This document shows, one piece after another, positions 59,701 through 64,000 of a stretch of 64,000 bases of DNA. Numbering within the stretch: position 1 is the first letter of the stretch; each line of letters opens with the position of its first letter. The position numbers and the translations under genes are program-made. The notes beneath the pieces were generated by a model. The model was not told the DNA's origin, did no database searches, and saw only the letters and a list, made by a program, of their open reading frames with translations. This DNA comes from Balanoglossus misakiensis (taxonomy: Eukaryota; Animalia; Hemichordata): contig CM082576.2 of NCBI GenBank assembly GCA_040954595.2, positions 11,597,129 to 11,661,128 on the forward strand, written 5' to 3'.

Positions 59701-62700
59701 CTATAGCTTCTGAGTTGACACGGATCTGCATGTGTTTGAATCTGTCAAGAGAGGCAATCGCACATCACAGTTAGCTGATGTCAATGTTAGCTTGCATGCT
59801 GATATATAAATCACAGTAAGGCAGGATTAATTTAAGTCCAGGAGAATTGTTCTGATGTAACACTGCATGTCACTGCATATCAGTTCTTCACAAGAGTATA
59901 TTTCAACTGAGAGATCTGAAGTTAACACCAACAAACTAATTAAAACACTTACCTGAACATGCCCTCATTTTTCTCTTGTTTGAACGTGTAGTTGACGACG
60001 GGGGACATAACAAATTTATTGATGATAGTCCCAAGGATGAAGTAGGAGTAGATGAATACCGGGCCATACCAACCAGTGCTGAGTGTAATTTATAAATCAT
60101 GTCAATAACCTGATAGCATTAGATCAATTTAATACATTAAAGTATTTTAATTTGTGATGTCATTCTCCGAGCAGTTCAACATAAATACTTTCTGAAATGT
60201 GGATTATACTCATATCTACAGCATTATAGTCTGTCAAATGTGTCATCTTTACTTACACACACACACACACAGACACACACACACAAGATTCTTGACAGCC
60301 ATCTATGTGCTGGAGACAAGACACGCGATCTTACCTTTCATAGCACTTCCAGGTGTAATATGCGATTGTGAATGGCGATATGAGGATGATGGCCACACAC
60401 TGACTGAACTGCCGGCACAACCTGTCAACGTCTTGTGTGATCCTCTGATCTCTACGTCAGAAAATTGGAAACATAAAACAAGAAGTTTTAAACATGACAA
60501 TTCTGAGCACATCATAGTTCTTGCTCTCAAATCGGGAGACTGTGGTTCAGAGCCAAAGACCCGGGCGAGCCGACGATGGCCAAAATTACACCATTACAGT
60601 TTAAATAGGTTAATGTATGAATGAACTTTAAATAATCTCACAATTTACAATGCCACACAGTTTGCCATCCAATACCTACACATTGTCAATCTTATCTTGA
60701 AGCACAACATTCAGTTGATAATAGATAAACTTTTGGAAATATGTCTTATGCATCTGCCTGGTCAAATATTGCCTCCAAAAGATGTACAATACATCACAGA
60801 TATATTGGTTGGCACTCCTTGCCTGTAAAGACAAATAAACTTTACTATAGTAAACAAATGTTCAAGGATGTTCAACAAAATGTTACCTTTTTTTTTTTTT
60901 ACAAAATATTGATTTCATGCGACAGAAATGTCTAAAATAAAAATCTCATGATAAAATTTTCTATTTAATAATACCTTTGAAATTGTCACACAGAACTGAA
61001 CACATGAAAATCTTACATCTCCATTTGTACAAGACATCATTTCGACTGTCTTGCATATTTTTATCAAAATTTATTAATTTTTTTATAAGTGGTTATGTGG
61101 ATACATGTTTGAAACAATGCAAATAGGTCACTGATTATGTCCTTGTGGCTATCATTTTGGTACAGATACATATTGAATCAGCGTCTGCATTGTACTTATG
61201 AACGATAACAAAGGTTGTAATGTTCAATCAATCAATCAGTCCATCAATAACATATCTGTCATCGCATCCCCATCACAATGGACAATGTCTGTGCCAAAAC
61301 AAACTACTTGGCTATCTTCAGAGACATCTCTGGAAACATCTCATGCTGGTGTTTTAGAGTTCCACCAATTCTCTGTATGTGTACCAGTATGTCAATGTTG
61401 TGTCCACATTCACAGTGGAATACATCAAGCAATGGTGTTTATACATGAGCAAAGACTTTTTAATTGACTCCCCAGTGACCTTTAACCCCTAATGCTGGGG
61501 TTAAAGGTTATATATATATGAATATCCAATAATTAATCAATATTGCTATTTTATTTTCCCTGTATGAATGCATTTTTCTGATGAAAAGTGTTATAAAGAC
61601 AGAAATGTACTTCACTGGTTCTATTCCATGTAATGCATATATACCAATAAGAACTGGCCGGTATTTACTCTACGCAAATATGACAAGGAAGATTTATGTG
61701 AAGAGAACCCCGGACAATGACTAAAATCTATGAATGTCATCGACATTATCACCTGATATCATTTATCTCAATTTTTAAATCACGGTATTTACTTAACGTC
61801 TGTGCTATCTTCTTTCAGACAGACTCAAATTGTGTAATTGTAAAATGTGAAGTTTGTATGTCTTTCCAGTTTTAATTTCTTTGATCTAGGAAAATAATAA
61901 ATTTGACTCTCAAAATTTGCTAGTTTGCTTGTTTTCGAAGTCAACCAGTTAACATTTGTCTTATGATACAGTGGCTCTGAACATTTTTATCAAACTTTTC
62001 TGAACTGCAGTCCGACTTTGCAGAATGGATTAACATAACTACATACAATCAATGAATTAAGGTTTGTCGTCAGCAGGGATGGCAGTAAAGCATAAAATTT
62101 ATGCAAGGTTTAAACAATAGCAATAGAATACTGTTAAACTGTTTAAGTCATGTACAGATAATGATATGGTATTAGGGTAAACCAGCAAGTACATTGACAT
62201 CGAATATTCAAAACTCGTTGACTTACCGTAGCAACAGCTATGATGAGAAACAGTGATCTTGGTACCAGTTTACGAAACGCATCTTCATCTTTCTCTCCCA
62301 GTACAGTGTAATACTGACTAGGAATTAAACCAACCCAATAGATGATTAACTGCTCTGTTGTGATAGGAATGAAAAACAATCATTCATAAAAGTCAGTTAA
62401 TCGTCCGGAACAACAGAATGTATGGTGCATCTAATTGCTGCAATAATGACATTATTACTGCAGGTATATTCATACACTATTGAATGTTGAGCTAATTTAT
62501 ACAGTCTGACACTTTGCTCTGTATCTGATGATGTTCAAACTCTTTTCCAAGACATGATATCTGAAAATAAAGCCTGTGTATATATGATCGGTTCTTACCT
62601 ATGAGTGCGACTATCAAAAGTAACGTGAACAACAGAAAACTAGCAGACTTTATTCTTGGAAATATTATCTTGCAAACTTGCCAGAATCTCTTCACAAACA

Positions 62701-63223
62701 GCCAGTCACATTTGTAGCTGGAAAAATATGGATGAAATAACGCACCTCTGGTTAAAACAGGTGAATGTGCAAAATTATTGAATCAGTACTACAAAAATGA
62801 AAAATATTAAATGTACTTTTTGTACAAGTATCTGTTCAAACCATTTTCACCTTTTTTATATTTTGAAAAGTCCGCGAAACTATGCATTTTTCCGCGTCTA
62901 CCACCACTGTTATTCTAAATTATTTACTGTACACTTTATAGAAAAGAATCCAGAACAATGAGAAACCTTAACTTCAGGTCATAGGTCACAAAGGTCACGC
63001 TAGAATCAAGATGTCATCTGAATCTTGAAAGGCTTACACAACACTTTCCATCGTGACATCATCGAAGACTTCCATCTGAAAGTTGATGGTTTTGACTGCA
63101 ATTGTAACATTTCAACAGGCATCTCATCCGATCTAATGGCGAAACGTTTGAGTAACACACACACGCGCGCACCTACCTCTTAGTAGCAGACGACCCGTTC
63201 CCATCCTTACCGCAACACGCCAT
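56742..63223 (-). CDS. ABCD4: Lysosomal cobalamin ABC transporter ABCD4
   Basis: About 13 exons; the probable first exon is 63223-63177 ([15 protein letters not shown]). Motifs [35 protein letters not shown], Walker [46 protein letters not shown] and SIGHRSSL are present. Confidence 0.95.
61478..61510. repeat. Short hairpin in an ABCD4 intron
   Basis: ACCTTTAACCCC-TAATGCT-GGGGTTAAAGGT has 12-bp perfect arms with TTAACCC/GGGTTAA cores. Confidence 0.6.
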
Positions 63224-64000
63224 GCTGGACAGTGTTTACAAATTGTCAGCTGGAGCCAACGTGTGTGCAGCGGAGTGCTTTCAAGGTTGAAACCTTAGGT
63301 CAGATTTCTGTGGCTGTTGTCGAAGCTACGAGGTAAGAATCGGATGGAGGGTTTTTATAGTTTTATCCCCCGACAAGACCTTGCAGAATGCGAATAAAGT
63401 GTAGAAGTGGAAAGTGAAGTTCTTGGAATTCATTTTACATGCGGCATGATACAACACTGTGGCCAGGTTCTTTCGCACTACCCTCTACCGCTGGTGGCGC
63501 TGCAACCAAACCACCGTTGACCCCTGCGTTGACCCACAGCACAGGTGCCTGTGGTTGCCGGGCAACGGCATCAACCACGGGCACCGTACCAGGCCTTCAT
63601 GTGACGTGCGTGACACGTGACGTGTATGTCCTACATACATGAATTTACACTATGCTTCTTCCATCCGGTTCGAAGTCCGGGTCGAACCATGGAAGGGATC
63701 AGACAACGACAAATTGGCTATGGCAAAAGCGAAACGCAAGACCACACGTTCGACGACGATGTAGATGACCATCGGCATCGTCAAGCACAGAAAGGGTATT
63801 AAGTAGTTTTTGCTTTTTTTTTTTTTTTTTTTTTTGGGGGGGGGGGGGGGCAGTATTTAGTGTTCCAGTCTGTTTGCCACAGCAAACTTATAATGGCATT
63901 TGTTTCCGGGCCAAAAATTTTAAGACTTTGAAAATTTGTGAGTGTGCTAAATGGTTTAAATGTCCATGTATATCCATTGCATTGCACTTATTTCCAATTT

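Overview
This is intron-rich animal nuclear DNA, probably from a marine invertebrate; the organism cannot be fixed from sequence alone. Ten protein-coding genes can be rebuilt from GT-AG exons. In order they are: the 3' part of a C45 peptidase/Tan-like hydrolase (+), a MACROD-like ADP-ribose glycohydrolase (+), two tandem GALNT7-like transferases (+), an intronless 451-aa multi-pass membrane orphan (+), an SLC46/PCFT-like transporter (-), MCM5 (-), a mitochondrial-type arginase (+), ACSS1 (+) and ABCD4 (-). Non-coding features include a TTAA-flanked piggyBac-like element in an MCM5 intron, several hairpin/MITE-like inverted repeats, microsatellites, poly-G tracts and a canonical E2F site at MCM5. 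The strongest leads are the orphan membrane protein, a precise intron difference plus complementary active-site changes between the GALNT paralogs, a candidate 6-nt microexon in ACSS1, and a perfect 62-bp-arm palindrome upstream of ACSS1. I see no prokaryote-style system such as CRISPR or a defence island, and nothing I can claim as a proven new system. Exon coordinates were read by eye and may be off by a few bases.
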